A DNA stretch of 64,000 bases from an uncultured Planctomycetaceae bacterium (GTDB lineage: Bacteria > Planctomycetota > Planctomycetia > Isosphaerales > Isosphaeraceae): the NCBI GenBank assembly GCA_963833985.1, contig CAWIAD010000001.1, positions 160,001 to 224,000 of the forward strand, given 5' to 3'. A program made the translations under genes and the position numbers. The notes under the pieces were generated by a model, which did no database searches, was not told the DNA's origin, and saw only the letters and a list, made by a program, of their open reading frames with translations. Position 1 is the stretch's first letter; every line of letters begins with the position of its first letter. This document shows, in pieces, positions 51,289 through 62,584 of this stretch.

Positions 51289-52099
51289 ATGTCACAGCCA
51301 GAAACGGCGCCCGCCTCGAAGCCCAGGTTCGACAACCAGGGCCAGTACAGTCGCACCTCGATCCTGAGGTACGAGAAGATCTTTGGCGACCATTACATCA
51401 GCACTGGAGGGCACGAGACCACCGAGAATCTCTGCCGCCGGCTGGGCAGTTCGCTACGTCCGGGCGTCCGCGTGCTCGACGTCGGCAGCGGCATCGGCGG
51501 AGCTGCGTTTCACCTGGCCCGTCGCTACAAAGCCAGGGTGACCGGGATCGACCTGGCCGAGGAGATGGTGGCCATCGCGCTGCGAGCGCACCGGGCAGCT
51601 CGGACTGGCAGCAGACGTGAATTTCATCCTGGGGGATGTACTCGAGACTCCACTGACCGACAGGTTCGATATCGTCTGGAGCCGGGACGCCCTCATGCAC
51701 GTTCCCGACAAGCCCCGGCTCTTCGCGCGGCTGTACAGCCTGCTGGCGGACGGCGGGCGGGTTGTGATCACCGACTATGCGCGCGGCAAGACGCCGGCGT
51801 CCGCCGAGTTCGAGGACTACATCCAGAAAACGGGTTATCACGTCGTCGAGCCCGAACAGTACGGTGAGCTGCTGCGGGGTGCTGGATTTCAGGACGTGGA
51901 GGTCGCGGACGTGACAGACGTCTTCGTCGACATCCTGAGGCGCGAATCGAGGCGGCTGGTGGAGCACCGGGCGGAGTTTCTCGCCGCATTCAGCGAGGAA
52001 GACCTCAACTACCTGGTGGAGCGCTGGGCCATGAAGGAGCGGTTCTGTGCAGCCGGCGACATGAAGTGGGGGATCTACCTGGGCACCCGGCGGGGCTGA
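51289..52099 (+). CDS. SAM-dependent methyltransferase resembling phosphoethanolamine N-methyltransferase, frameshift at ~51583
   Basis: QYSRTSILRYEKIFGDHYISTGG, VLDVGSGIGG, SRDALMHVPDKP.LF, W..K...C..GDMKWG. Confidence 0.8.
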
Positions 52100-52159
52100 T
52101 CGGCAGTCAGCGCGGCGACCAATGACCGCTCGTGCGAGCGTGCTCGAGGAGACACGGCC

Positions 52160-53761
52160 GTGCCGGAGACGGCGAGCGACGATATTCACGACCTGGCGCG
52201 GTTCGGCTACCGGCAAGAGCTGGACCGGTCGCTGGGGAGCTTCTCGTCCTTCGCCGCCGGGTTTTCTTACATCTCCATCCTGACGGGCGTCTTTCAGGCA
52301 TTCTCGCTGGGGTACGCCGCCGCCGGCCCTGCGTTTTTCTGGACCTGGCCCGTGGTTCTCGCGGGTCAGATGGCGGTGGCCCTGGGGTTTGCCGAGCTGG
52401 CTGCGCACTATCCGCTTTCCGGGGGCGTGTACCAGTGGTCGAGGCGGCTCGGTTCCCCGGCACTGGGCTGGATGGCCGGCTGGGTTTACCTGGCTAGCTC
52501 CTTGATCTCGCTGGCCGCCGTCGCCCTGGCCCTCCAGGCGACCCTGCCCCGGATCGCTCCGGTCTTCCAGGTGATTGGCAATGGCGCAGGGCCGCTCGAC
52601 CAGGCTCGCAACGCCGTGCTACTGGGCAGCCTGCTGATCGGCCTGACCACGGTTATCAACTCCGTCGGCGTGCGCTGGCTGGCACGCATCAATAACGCCG
52701 GGGTGATCGTCGAGCTTCTTGGTGTGGTGCTGCTGATCGGTCTGCTGTTCCTCCACGCCCGGAGAGGCCCGGCCGTCGTGCTGCGCCTTGAACCACCGGC
52801 TACGGCTGAACCAGGGGGCGGTGCGTGGCTGCCGGGCTTGCTGGCCGCCGCCGTGATGCCGTCTTACGTGCTCTACGGCTTCGATACCGCGGGCACCCTG
52901 GCCGAGGAGACACGCGACCCCCGGAGGCGTGCACCGTGGGCCATTCTCCAGGCCATCCTGGCCGCGGGCCTGGCGGGCGGCCTGCTCATCGTGGCCGGGC
53001 TCATGGCTGCCCTTGATCCGGCCATGATTGAGCTCGCCCGGATTGACGGCGGTCTTCCCCTGATCGTCCAGCAGGCGCTCGGCAGGAACCTGGGAAGTCT
53101 GTTCCTCATGGCGGTGGTCTTTGCCGTGAGCGTGTGCGCGCTGGCCGTTCACGCCGGTTCGATCCGCGTGATGTATGCCATGGCAAGGGACAACCGCTTG
53201 CCGCTCGCCCGGCGGCTGGCGCACGTGACCACCGAGACGCGCACGCCCGTTTTGCCCGCCCTTGTCACGGGGGCCGGTGCGCTCCTGGTCCTGCTCTTGC
53301 ACATGAACCATCCGCGGATCATGGAGACCCTCTGCTCGGTGGCCATCGTCTGGGCCAACCTGGCGTATCTCATGGTTTCCTGGCCGCTGCTGCGCGCCAG
53401 GCTGCGGGGCTGGCCGAAAGGGTCGGAAGGCACGTTGCCGACCGCTTCGGGCCTGCCGCCGGGATTGCGGGCGTACCGCCTGGGACGTCCGGCCTTATTC
53501 ATCAATGCGGCCGCGGTGCTATGGGGACTGCTGGTGATCGTCAACATCGGCTGGCCGCGAGCCGGCATCTACGGCAGTCACCCGATCGGCCGGTACTCCG
53601 CGGCACTGTCCACCCTGCTCTTGCTCGCCTGCGGCGCGATCCTCTACCTGGGCGTGCGGCGCCGGAACGCCAGCCCGTATCGCGAACACGCATCCCCGCT
53701 GCCGCCTGCCGCGGAACCTGCGTCCCAAGTCGGTCCGCTCCTGCCCCTACCGGTTGATTGA
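52160..53761 (+). CDS. APC-family amino acid/amine permease
   Basis: GYRQELDRSLGSFSSFAAGFSYISI, AELAAHYPLSGGVYQW, YGFD.A..LAEET; ~12 TMs. Confidence 0.9.
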   Translation: MPETASDDIHDLARFGYRQELDRSLGSFSSFAAGFSYISILTGVFQAFSLGYAAAGPAFFWTWPVVLAGQMAVALGFAELAAHYPLSGGVYQWSRRLGSPALGWMAGWVYLASSLISLAAVALALQATLPRIAPVFQVIGNGAGPLDQARNAVLLGSLLIGLTTVINSVGVRWLARINNAGVIVELLGVVLLIGLLFLHARRGPAVVLRLEPPATAEPGGGAWLPGLLAAAVMPSYVLYGFDTAGTLAEETRDPRRRAPWAILQAILAAGLAGGLLIVAGLMAALDPAMIELARIDGGLPLIVQQALGRNLGSLFLMAVVFAVSVCALAVHAGSIRVMYAMARDNRLPLARRLAHVTTETRTPVLPALVTGAGALLVLLLHMNHPRIMETLCSVAIVWANLAYLMVSWPLLRARLRGWPKGSEGTLPTASGLPPGLRAYRLGRPALFINAAAVLWGLLVIVNIGWPRAGIYGSHPIGRYSAALSTLLLLACGAILYLGVRRRNASPYREHASPLPPAAEPASQVGPLLPLPVD

Positions 53762-53818
53762 AAGCGGTCGGGTGCGACAGGCGATGGTTTCCAGGCCGTG
53801 GTGTGATGGAAGGAACGT

Positions 53819-54637
53819 ATGCAGAGATTGAGATCCGGGACCGGTGAGCCGCAGGGCCGGACAGCCCGAATGAGCGGCAAGAGCTCAAGCTTGTCCGGCC
53901 GCTTCCGACCGTTTCTGGGCTGGTGTGTGCACGGGTACACGGCCCTGGGGATGGTGGCCGCGGCACTGATCGCGGCGCTCCTTGTCGAGGGCGGTCCGGC
54001 AGCGTTTCGCTGGTCCTTCCTGCTGATGGGACTGGCAACGATCGTCGACGCGACCGATGGCACGCTGGCACGCCGCGTCCGCATCAAGGAGGTGGTCCCC
54101 AGCTTCGACGGCCGCCGTCTGGACGACATCGTCGACTTTCTGAACTACACGTTCCTGCCGATCCTCCTGATCTGGCGGGCGGGCTTGCTGCCGCCCGGAC
54201 AGCAGGGGTGGCTGGTTTTCGCTTTGCTCGCGAGCCTCTACGGGTTCTGCCAGGTCGAGATCAAGACCGCGGATGGTTACTTTCTCGGCTTCCCCTCGCT
54301 CTGGAACGTGGTCGCTTTGTACCTTTACGCTCTTCCCCTGGGTCCGTGGGCGTCCCTGGCGGTGGTGATCCTGCTGGCGATCCTCACCTTCGTGCCCAGC
54401 AAGTATCTGTATCCTTCCCAGCCGGGACTGCTCAACCGCGTGATGACCATCCTGGGAGGCTTCTGGACCCTGGCGGTGGGCTGGTTGATCTGGAGCCTGC
54501 CCGTGCATACGATTCCGCATCGGGATCCGGGCGTGCAACAGTTGGCCCTGGTTTCGCTGCTGTATCCCATTCTGTACCTGGCGGCGTCGTGGTTCGTCAC
54601 GATCAGGCAGTGGACCGCGGCCGCGTCGCGAAATTGA
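53819..54637 (+). CDS. pcs: Phosphatidylcholine synthase-type CDP-alcohol phosphatidyltransferase
   Basis: DG-x2-AR-x8-P-x3-G-x3-D-x3-D spacing (DGTLARRVRIKEVVPSFDGRRLDDIVD); H.YTA.G; F.GFPS.WN; LTFVP..Y..P. Confidence 0.82.
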   Translation: MQRLRSGTGEPQGRTARMSGKSSSLSGRFRPFLGWCVHGYTALGMVAAALIAALLVEGGPAAFRWSFLLMGLATIVDATDGTLARRVRIKEVVPSFDGRRLDDIVDFLNYTFLPILLIWRAGLLPPGQQGWLVFALLASLYGFCQVEIKTADGYFLGFPSLWNVVALYLYALPLGPWASLAVVILLAILTFVPSKYLYPSQPGLLNRVMTILGGFWTLAVGWLIWSLPVHTIPHRDPGVQQLALVSLLYPILYLAASWFVTIRQWTAAASRN

Positions 54638-54640
54638 CAA

Positions 54641-56032
54641 TCAGTCTGCCGCGCCGGGATCGGCGGATCTTGCCTGCTTCTGTCCTTCCTCAACCTTGAC
54701 CATGCAGAGCAACCCCCCGCCCACGGCGAAGAAGGCGATCACGCCGAGGATGGCGCCCCGGCTCGACGCGGTGAGCCCGTTGATGACGGCAAAGAGCAAG
54801 GGCCCAAAGATTCCCGCGAACTTTTCAACGACCGCAAAGAAGCCGAAGTACTCGCCCGACTTTTCCCGCGGGATGAGGCTCGCGAAGAGCGAGCGTGAGA
54901 GGGCCTGGGTGCCTCCCTGCACCATGCCGACCAGGATGGCCAGCTTCAAAAAGTCCGCCTCGTTGTGCATCGAGTAGCCGACGACGCAGATGCCGGTGTA
55001 GGCCACCAACCCTAGCAGGATGGACCGCTTGGCGCCCAGCTTGCCGGCCAGCATGCCGAAGAGGAACGAGAACGGGATGCCCACGAACTGGACCAGCAGG
55101 ACCGCCTTGATCATGGCGGTCTCGTTGATGCCGATTTCCTGGCCGTAGATCGTGGCCATGCGGATGATCGTACCGATACCGTCGTTGTAGATGAGGAAGG
55201 CGAGCAGCATGAGGAATGCCTGGCGATAACGGCGCAGTTCGCGCGAGGTCGCGGCCAGGCGATCGAGCACGGCCCGCAGCGGGCTTTCCCCCGCCCGTTC
55301 CTCGCGGGTGTGCACGGCCCTGGGCTCAGGCACGCGCCGGAACAGAGGAATCGAGAAGAACAGCCACCAGATCGCCACCGAAACGAACGCCAGCCGCGTG
55401 GGCAGGGTGGCCTCCGCCTCATTGAGGTTCGTGCCGGAGGGAAGGCCAAAGGTGGCCGGGCTCATGATCCAGGCCAGGTTCAGTGCCAGCAGGATTCCGC
55501 CACCGAGGTACCCCAGCGCATAGCCCGAGGTAGACACCCGGTCGACCTCGTCGTCGCTGGCAATGTGCGGCAAGAGTGCGTCGTAAAAGACAAAGCTGCC
55601 GTTGGCGCCCACGTTGGCCACGATGAAGAGCACCGACGCGAGGACCCAGTCGCCGGTATGGATGAAAAACATCCCGGCCACGGCGGCCGAGCCCAGGGCC
55701 AGGAAAAGGGAGAGCAGCCACTTCTTGCGAGCGGTGTAATCCGCGAACGCACCCAGGACGGGCGAAAGCGCGGCAATGGCCACCATGCCGATGGTCGTTG
55801 CCAGCGCGAACCGGAACGAGGCGACACTGGCCCCGAGCCCGGCGCAGGCGACCCTCGAGTAGTAGATGGGAAAGACGGCCGTGATGATGGTGCAGACCAT
55901 GGCCGAGTTCGCCCAGTCATAGAGTGCCCAGGCGCGAAGTTCGGGACGGTCCAATCCCAGCGCGTGTAAAGCGCGCCGCGGCCATGATTCGCCGGGTGAT
56001 GGCCCGGCTGGAACACCGTCTGGCTCGTCCAT
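54641..56032 (-). CDS. MFS transporter, UMF1/ATG22-like family
   Basis: WALYDWANSA, FYDALLP, GYALGYLGG, YNDGI.T, QALSRS. Confidence 0.88.
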   Translation of the reverse strand: MDEPDGVPAGPSPGESWPRRALHALGLDRPELRAWALYDWANSAMVCTIITAVFPIYYSRVACAGLGASVASFRFALATTIGMVAIAALSPVLGAFADYTARKKWLLSLFLALGSAAVAGMFFIHTGDWVLASVLFIVANVGANGSFVFYDALLPHIASDDEVDRVSTSGYALGYLGGGILLALNLAWIMSPATFGLPSGTNLNEAEATLPTRLAFVSVAIWWLFFSIPLFRRVPEPRAVHTREERAGESPLRAVLDRLAATSRELRRYRQAFLMLLAFLIYNDGIGTIIRMATIYGQEIGINETAMIKAVLLVQFVGIPFSFLFGMLAGKLGAKRSILLGLVAYTGICVVGYSMHNEADFLKLAILVGMVQGGTQALSRSLFASLIPREKSGEYFGFFAVVEKFAGIFGPLLFAVINGLTASSRGAILGVIAFFAVGGGLLCMVKVEEGQKQARSADPGAAD

Positions 56033-56383
56033 GTGGGCAGATCCTTTTTGGTCCAGGTGCCGCGCAGGGACGCGCGGCCGCCGGGTCTCTCAATGCGGCA
56101 CTCCCCACGCGGCCGGCAGCCGGTGTCCGCGTTCCGGGCATGGGCCGTTTTGTACGCCAGATGAGGCCTCGTTGGCCAGAGCGGATTCTGGGCCCCGCGC
56201 ATTCAGCGCGGTGGGACCGGCCACGAGGACCCGTGAGAGAGCTCACCGGCCGGGGCCGCCATCTCCGTGGGCTGCCGCGCGGCGAGACTGCTTGTCCACA
56301 AGACGATCGGCTGGCTAGACTGGCTGACACGCACGCCATCGTGATAGCGATCGGGACAGGTCGACCGCCTTGCGGGACAACAC

Positions 56384-59300
56384 ATGAACTCGGCGCCGCT
56401 ACAAGAGGAAACCTTCGTGGTCGTGCGGCAGCTCTGTGGCGAGCTCCGCGCGGATCCGCGCCGGCCAGAAAGCCCGGGTCGAGGACATGCTTGCCGATCA
56501 TCCCCACCTCGCGGGCAACGATGAGGCGGTGCTCGAGCTGGTGCACGCCGAGGTGAGCACCCGGAACGACCTGGGCGAGCGGCCGACTCTCGAGGAATGG
56601 GAGCGGCGGTTTCCTCAGTTGCTGCCGCGCATGGAGCAAACGCTCGCGCTTCGCATGGTGTTCGATTCAGAGATGCCCACCCTCACCGACTCCTCCGCCG
56701 GCAAAGGGAGCTCGAGCGAGGCTGTGGCTGACCTGGCGGCCGACGCGGGCAATGAGCCCGGCGGCCGCTTGCAGATTGGCAACTACCAGGTTCTCCACGA
56801 GATCGGCCGGGGAGGCATGGGGGTCGTCTACAAGGCCAGGCAGGCGAACCTTAGCCGGATCGTGGCGCTGAAGATGATTCTCGCTGGCGAGCACGCCGGT
56901 TTGCGGGAACGCGCCCGGCTGCGCAACGAGGCCCAGGCCGCCGCCCAGCTCGTCCATCCCAACGTCGTCCAGATCTTCGAGATTGGCGAGCACGAGGGCC
57001 TGCCATTCCTGACCATGGAATACGTCGCGGGTGGGAACCTGGCGCGCATGCTGCGTGCCATGCCCCAGGCCTTTCGCTGGTCAGCACGGATGACCGAGAC
57101 CATGGCCCGGGCGATCCACCTCGCGCATCGCCGCGGGATCGTCCACCGCGATCTGAACCCGAGCAACATCCTGATCGCGCCGGACGGCACGCCCAAGATC
57201 TCTGACTTCGGCCTGGCCAAGTTCCTCGTGAATGACAGGGGCCTGTCGCTGAGCGGCGTGATCCTCGGAACTCCCTCGTACATGGCTCCTGAGCAGGTCT
57301 CCGGCAATGGTCAGACCATCGGGCCGGCCACCGACGTGTACGCGCTGGGCGCTCTGCTCTACGAGATGCTCACCGGGGCTGCTCCGTTCCGCGGATTCAC
57401 CCCCATGGAAACGCTCTGCCAGGTCATGGAAGCGGAGCTGGTGCCCCCCTCCAGGTTGCGTCACGGCGTGCCCGAGGACCTGGAGACCATCTGCTTGAAA
57501 TGCCTCGAACGCGACCCCGCAATGCGTTATGCGAGTGCGGAAGAGCTCGCCGAGGATCTGAAGCGGTACCAGGACAGCCAGCCGATCCGCGCTCGGCGGA
57601 CATCGCGGATCCAGCAGGCCCTGCAATGGACTCGTCGCCAGCCCGAAGCCGCGCGGCTGCTTGGGTTGTGCGGCCTGCTGGCACTGGCACTGCTGTCCGT
57701 GGTCGTCGGCTATAGCTGGTACGTCGCCGAGCAGAGCCGGCGCGAGGGCAAGTTTCGCACCCAGACGATCCACGAAAAGACCAAGAGCGAGATTGACCAT
57801 GACAAGCTTCTCCTCGAGGTCCGCACGCTGCGGCGCCGCGCTTACGACGCGCAGCTTTTTCAGATCAAGCAGGCATTCGATTCCGGCCAGATCGAGCTGG
57901 CCCGCGAGCTTCTGGACAAGGCCTACGAAGCACTGTGGGCTTCCGGCGAACCGCCTGGGTTCGAGCTCCAGTATCTGAGCGAGCTCATCGAGCAATCCTC
58001 GATCCTGCTGGAGGGGCACAATGCGAACACCTCGTGCCTGGCGCTGGCAGGGCCGCATGACACGCTCATTTCAGGAGACGTCGCCGGAGGAGTGATCATC
58101 TGGGACCTCCCGCAGCGCACGCCGCGCTATTGCCAGGGCAAGCACTCGGCCGCGGTGAGCCAGGTCGCCATCAGCCCTGGATCGACCGATCATCCCCATG
58201 GCGTCGCCGCCAGCCTCAGCGCGGCCGCGCATGATCGCCTGGAAGTCAAGGTCTGGGACCCGGCCACAGCAGCTCTCATCAGCTCATTGCACGCGGAAAG
58301 CCTGCAATCGCCCACCATGACGCTGAGCCCTGATGGGTCGATCCTGGCACTGTGCGGCCGCTCGCCGGGGGACCACCGGGATCAGCTTTCCCTCTGGAAG
58401 CTGGACCCCAGTCGCCTGCCGGCAGAGCCGGCCGCGCGGGTGCCGGGAATCTCCAGACTGGCCTTTTCGATCGACGGCGTGCTCGTGGCGGCCGGCGGCG
58501 AGGACGGCACGGTGCGGCTCTCCCTTACCAGCGCTCTACCAGGACCGGACCCGGATGCAGCCAGGGCGATCGAGCAGAGGCCGGGCGGCCGCGTGCGGGC
58601 CCTGGCCTTCTCGCGTGACGGCAGCCGTCTGGTTGCCGGCCGCGACGATCGCAGTGTCACCGTGTGGAACACGGCCACCGGCCGGGTGATCGCGCATTTC
58701 GGCGACCAGGAACGCCCCGTCGACCTCGTCGAATTCTGCCTGGACGGCAAGATGCTGGTCGGGCAGACGGGCGTGGACCAGATCTGGACGCGGACCATCG
58801 ATGAGCCGGGTCCGAAACGACGCTTGCCCGTCGTCACGCGTCCCATTCGCTCGGTGGCCCTGTCCCGTGATGGGCGAACGCTCGCGCTGGCGTGGCGCGA
58901 CCAGTCCGTGGAGATCTGGGACCTTTTGACCGGCACCCGGAGCGGTTCTTACCTGGGCAACAACCTGACCGCGCATCACATTGCCTTCACCGCGGACGGC
59001 AACACACTGGTCCTGGGGGGGGATGATCCCAGACTGAGGAACTGGCGGTTTCGTGATGCTCCGGCAAAGTATCAGGTCCTGGACAGCCACCAGGGGCCCA
59101 TTCGCGCGCTGGCGTTCTCGATGGACGAGCGTATCCTGGCATCGGGATCGGAGGACAGCACGGTCAGGCTCTGGGACGTGGATTCAGCTCGTGAGCTGGA
59201 GCGGCTGGAGGGCCACACCAAGGCCGTGACGGCACTGGCGTTTTTTCCGGACGACAATCGGCTGGTCAGCGTCGGCCGCGACGGCCGGCTGGTACTCTGG

Positions 59301-60026
59301 CAACGGGACCGCCAGAGCGCCGAACCGAAACTCATGTCGGCCACTCCGACCGTCCTTCATACGTTCGACGACCGGCTGCACGCGTTGAGCGTTTCCGTGG
59401 TTTCCGAGGGAGAGCGCACGCATCACCGCCTGGCCGCGGCCGGCTCCCGAGGGGTGATCTACGTCTGGGACCTGGAGGCAGGCAAGCTGCTCAAGGAGCT
59501 CCGAGGGCACTCCGCTGTGATCCACGCGCTGGCCTACTCCCCGAACCCGATGGTCCTGGCGTCCGCCTCGGCCGACCGATCCGTCTGCCTCTGGAACCCC
59601 GATGTCGGCACGCTGGTGCACACGTCTCAATTCGCCGAGCCCATGCGGACGGTCGTGTTTTCCTCGCGCGGCATGCTGATGGCCGCAGCCGGCAACCCCC
59701 GGACGGTCGTCTTCTGGGCCATGGACGCCTGGAAACTCAACGGGGAGCTGACCGGCCACCCCAAGCCGGTGCGCTCCATCGCGCTGTCCCCGGGTGATCA
59801 AACACTGGCCACGGCATGTGATGACGGGCAAGTTCGGCTCTGGGATCCCCTGTCGGGACAGCAGTTCTACCCGCTGATGGGGCACTCCGATCGGGTCAAC
59901 TCGGTGATCTTCTCACCGCAGGGACATATCCTGGCCTCAGGCGACGAGGCAGGCCAGATTCTGCTCTGGAAGGTCAAGGCCGTCACACCACCTGAGGCAG
60001 AGCCCGTCGCACGCCTCGCTCCGTAA
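56384..60026 (+). CDS. Ser/Thr protein kinase with TM segment and many WD40 repeats (possible frameshift at ~56448; in-frame ORF starts 56436)
   Basis: IGRGGMGVVY, HRDLNPSN, DFGLAK, GTPSYMAPE; GH...V..LAFS..D..VRLWD repeats. Confidence 0.9.
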
Positions 60027-60071
60027 GCCCATCGAGATCGTCCGCTGCGCGCCGCGGGAGAATGCTCGCCA

Positions 60072-60347
60072 TCACTCGACGGCCGTCGCGTTGACATACT
60101 TTTCCCCGCTGCCGGTCAAAAGCCAGTGCGGGTTGGTATTGGTCACCTCGATGAAGCGGAGGATTGAGGTTGCCGGTATCGTGCATCCATTCTCGTAGTT
60201 CATCCAGGTTCGAAACGGCACCTTGAGCGACTCGGCTAGCAAGGGACCGCCGTTCTCTCCATAGAGTTCCAGACGCACTTCGCGAATTCGCCGCGCCAGG
60301 TTGTTCTTGATGCCTAGCCAGTCGGAGTTTGGAATCGGTCTTTCCAT
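60072..60347 (-). CDS. Small XRE-like HTH protein
   Basis: LARRIREVR...[21 protein letters not shown]...[10 protein letters not shown]. Confidence 0.8.
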   Translation of the reverse strand: MERPIPNSDWLGIKNNLARRIREVRLELYGENGGPLLAESLKVPFRTWMNYENGCTIPATSILRFIEVTNTNPHWLLTGSGEKYVNATAVE

Positions 60348-60871
60348 CGCCAATCCAGCCCGGTTTAGAGGTTCTCAACATTCATCCTGGTTTTCCCGCG
60401 GTTCTGGCATATCGGTTCACATCGTGCTCACGGAGTGTACCCGATGGCAAGCAATCGATTCCGGGAACGGGATCCAGACAACTATTTTCTACCTTGTCAG
60501 CGCCCTGTCGCAAGAAGTCCCAGGGCGTTTCCCCATGACTTTTATCATGAAACCGCTGTTTTCACCGAAATCGGCCCGCAATCGCCTCCATTCATCACGG
60601 CATTTCTCATAGAAAGCGTGCATGGAACGATGGTTTACCCGGCACCCTCCGGGTGATCCTTTGCTTGTCGTAATTCGATCCGCCATCATGGTTTGTGCCC
60701 CGGCGTCGGGGCGCGGGAGGAAAATTCAAAAAAAGAGCGCATCGCCGTGACGCGTCGCGACCGGGAATCCGGTTACTGGAGTCGAGTCCGAAGGAAGGGC
60801 TCTTGAAGACGAAGCAAGACGACTCTCCTTGACCCTGGAATGTGGTCCGGACGCTATCGAGGTGAGACACA

Positions 60872-61480
60872 GTGCTGCCCACACAAGAAATGATGGATCG
60901 TCTCGCACAAAGGATCGAACACGCTTTCACTCTCAGGCGGAGTGACTGGTACCGTGGGTGTTCCACTCCTCGGCTCTGGTCCGCAGCCGCGATGATCCTC
61001 TGGGACGCTTACCTTGAGGATCCCTCCATTCCCACCGACCCGGAACTCTTCGTCGCGTCGCAGCCTCTCTCCGGTCCCTACGTCGACCCCTGGACCATCC
61101 TGGCACAGGCCGAAGCCGGCCGCCGATACAGGAAGAACGTGACGCGGATTATCAGGCGTTTACGGCGCGAGCTCAAGCAGGAGATCCGCAGAACCGAGGC
61201 GCTGACCAGTCAGGGGCGATCCCTGAGCGCGCTCATCCGCTTGCATGATGCCCGGTTCTCCCCCCTGGGACTTTATATCACGGCGCATCGGGCCGAGCGC
61301 CCGGACCTCGCTGAATTGCTGCGGTTCGGCGCCATTGCTCAACACAAGAGCTGTCCACTTTATCGAGCAGCAAGCCTGGCATTGTTGCCAGCGAAATTCT
61401 ATCCGATGGTAGAGCATCATCGAAGCCTCGACGACCAGATAACCGCCGAGATGCGGCTCGAGACTGCGTCCTGCAATTGA
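60872..61480 (+). CDS. Hypothetical protein (~200 aa)
   Basis: Long ORF with globular-looking composition (P.DPELFVA.Q, SPLG.Y..A, H..CPLY); GAGG upstream. Confidence 0.65.
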   Translation: MLPTQEMMDRLAQRIEHAFTLRRSDWYRGCSTPRLWSAAAMILWDAYLEDPSIPTDPELFVASQPLSGPYVDPWTILAQAEAGRRYRKNVTRIIRRLRRELKQEIRRTEALTSQGRSLSALIRLHDARFSPLGLYITAHRAERPDLAELLRFGAIAQHKSCPLYRAASLALLPAKFYPMVEHHRSLDDQITAEMRLETASCN

Positions 61481-61807
61481 CACGAGGCCGCAGATTCCAT
61501 CACCGCCGTGCGAATGCCTGATCCAGCAGCGTCAGATTTTGAATCGTCGAGAATCACCCAGTCGGCTTGAAGTGGCCAGGTAAATCCCACCGAGATGAAG
61601 AAGGTGGATACCGCGAACGGCCCTCCAGGGCTGCGGCACGCTGGCCCCTCGCCAGGTGAGCTGCCGTGGCCCCGGCCCGGAACCAATCGCAGGGACGGGA
61701 TGTGTTCAGTGGGTCCCCGCTAAGCCCTCCAAAAACGCACAACTCTCATCCTTGTCAATAGCCGTGATTCCATCCATCCTTCACGCCCATCGGGCGGGAG
61801 TCTATCC

Positions 61808-62047
61808 ATGCGTGCGCGCAGACAGTTTCAGCCGTCCGTCGATGTCCTTCCTTTCCGCCTCGCCCCCAGCGACCTTGGCGTCACCATCAGCCCGATGGAT
61901 CCGCTCTCCGGAGCGAGCAGCTCCCCAACCTTGATCAGCCCGATGGATCCACTCTCCGGCTCGGGTTCAGGCCCGTCCTTGAGCGATCCGACGATGATCG
62001 GTCCTGGCTCCTACACCACCCTGAGCACCACGACTCTTTCTTGTTGA
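61808..62047 (+). CDS. 79 aa peptide with LExR-like leader and duplicated ISPMDPLSG core
   Basis: GGGAG RBS; MRARRQFQPSVDVLPFRLAPS; 26 bp direct repeat at 61886-61911 and 61934-61959. Confidence 0.65.
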   Translation: MRARRQFQPSVDVLPFRLAPSDLGVTISPMDPLSGASSSPTLISPMDPLSGSGSGPSLSDPTMIGPGSYTTLSTTTLSC

Positions 62048-62584
62048 AGAATCGAAGAATCGGGACGGGCGTTTCCCGGCAGCAGTCTCTTGTCGTACGA
62101 ACACTCGGGAAAAGAGGTTCGAAACGCCCTGCTTGAACGGTTATTCGCGGATTCGCCAGGCCCGGTGCCTGTCGAATCCGGGAGAGCCACTCCGTCACTG
62201 GACTGATGGAGGTGTCGACAGAGGCTTTCAATCACGAGGCTCAAAATTGCTGTGAACTGCGCGCGTGCCTTCTTTCGCGGGGAGCTCAACCTGCCCGTTG
62301 ACTCCCGCAGGTGGAAGTCATGATCCGCATGGATTCGGGCGAGATCTTGGCTTAGCTTGTCATGGAGCATGTCAAACCAGCCATAATCGTCGTCGAAGCT
62401 CTGTTTTTTCCTTAATCCCGGTCGAAACCCCACTTTTTTTGGTCCGAAAGCATTTTCATGCTCGCAGGTGGGGGTTAGAATCGGGTGACGATGGGAGCTT
62501 CGGGCAGGTCGCATCCCCTCTAAATGCTTGCATGCCCTTCGCCCGGGCGGCGATCCTCCCATCGTTCAAGGGGAGGTTTACGCC

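Noticed and set aside
27482..52099. Programmed ribosomal frameshifting in the split genes
   Set aside because: No slippery heptamers or common signal; the breaks fit random homopolymer indels.
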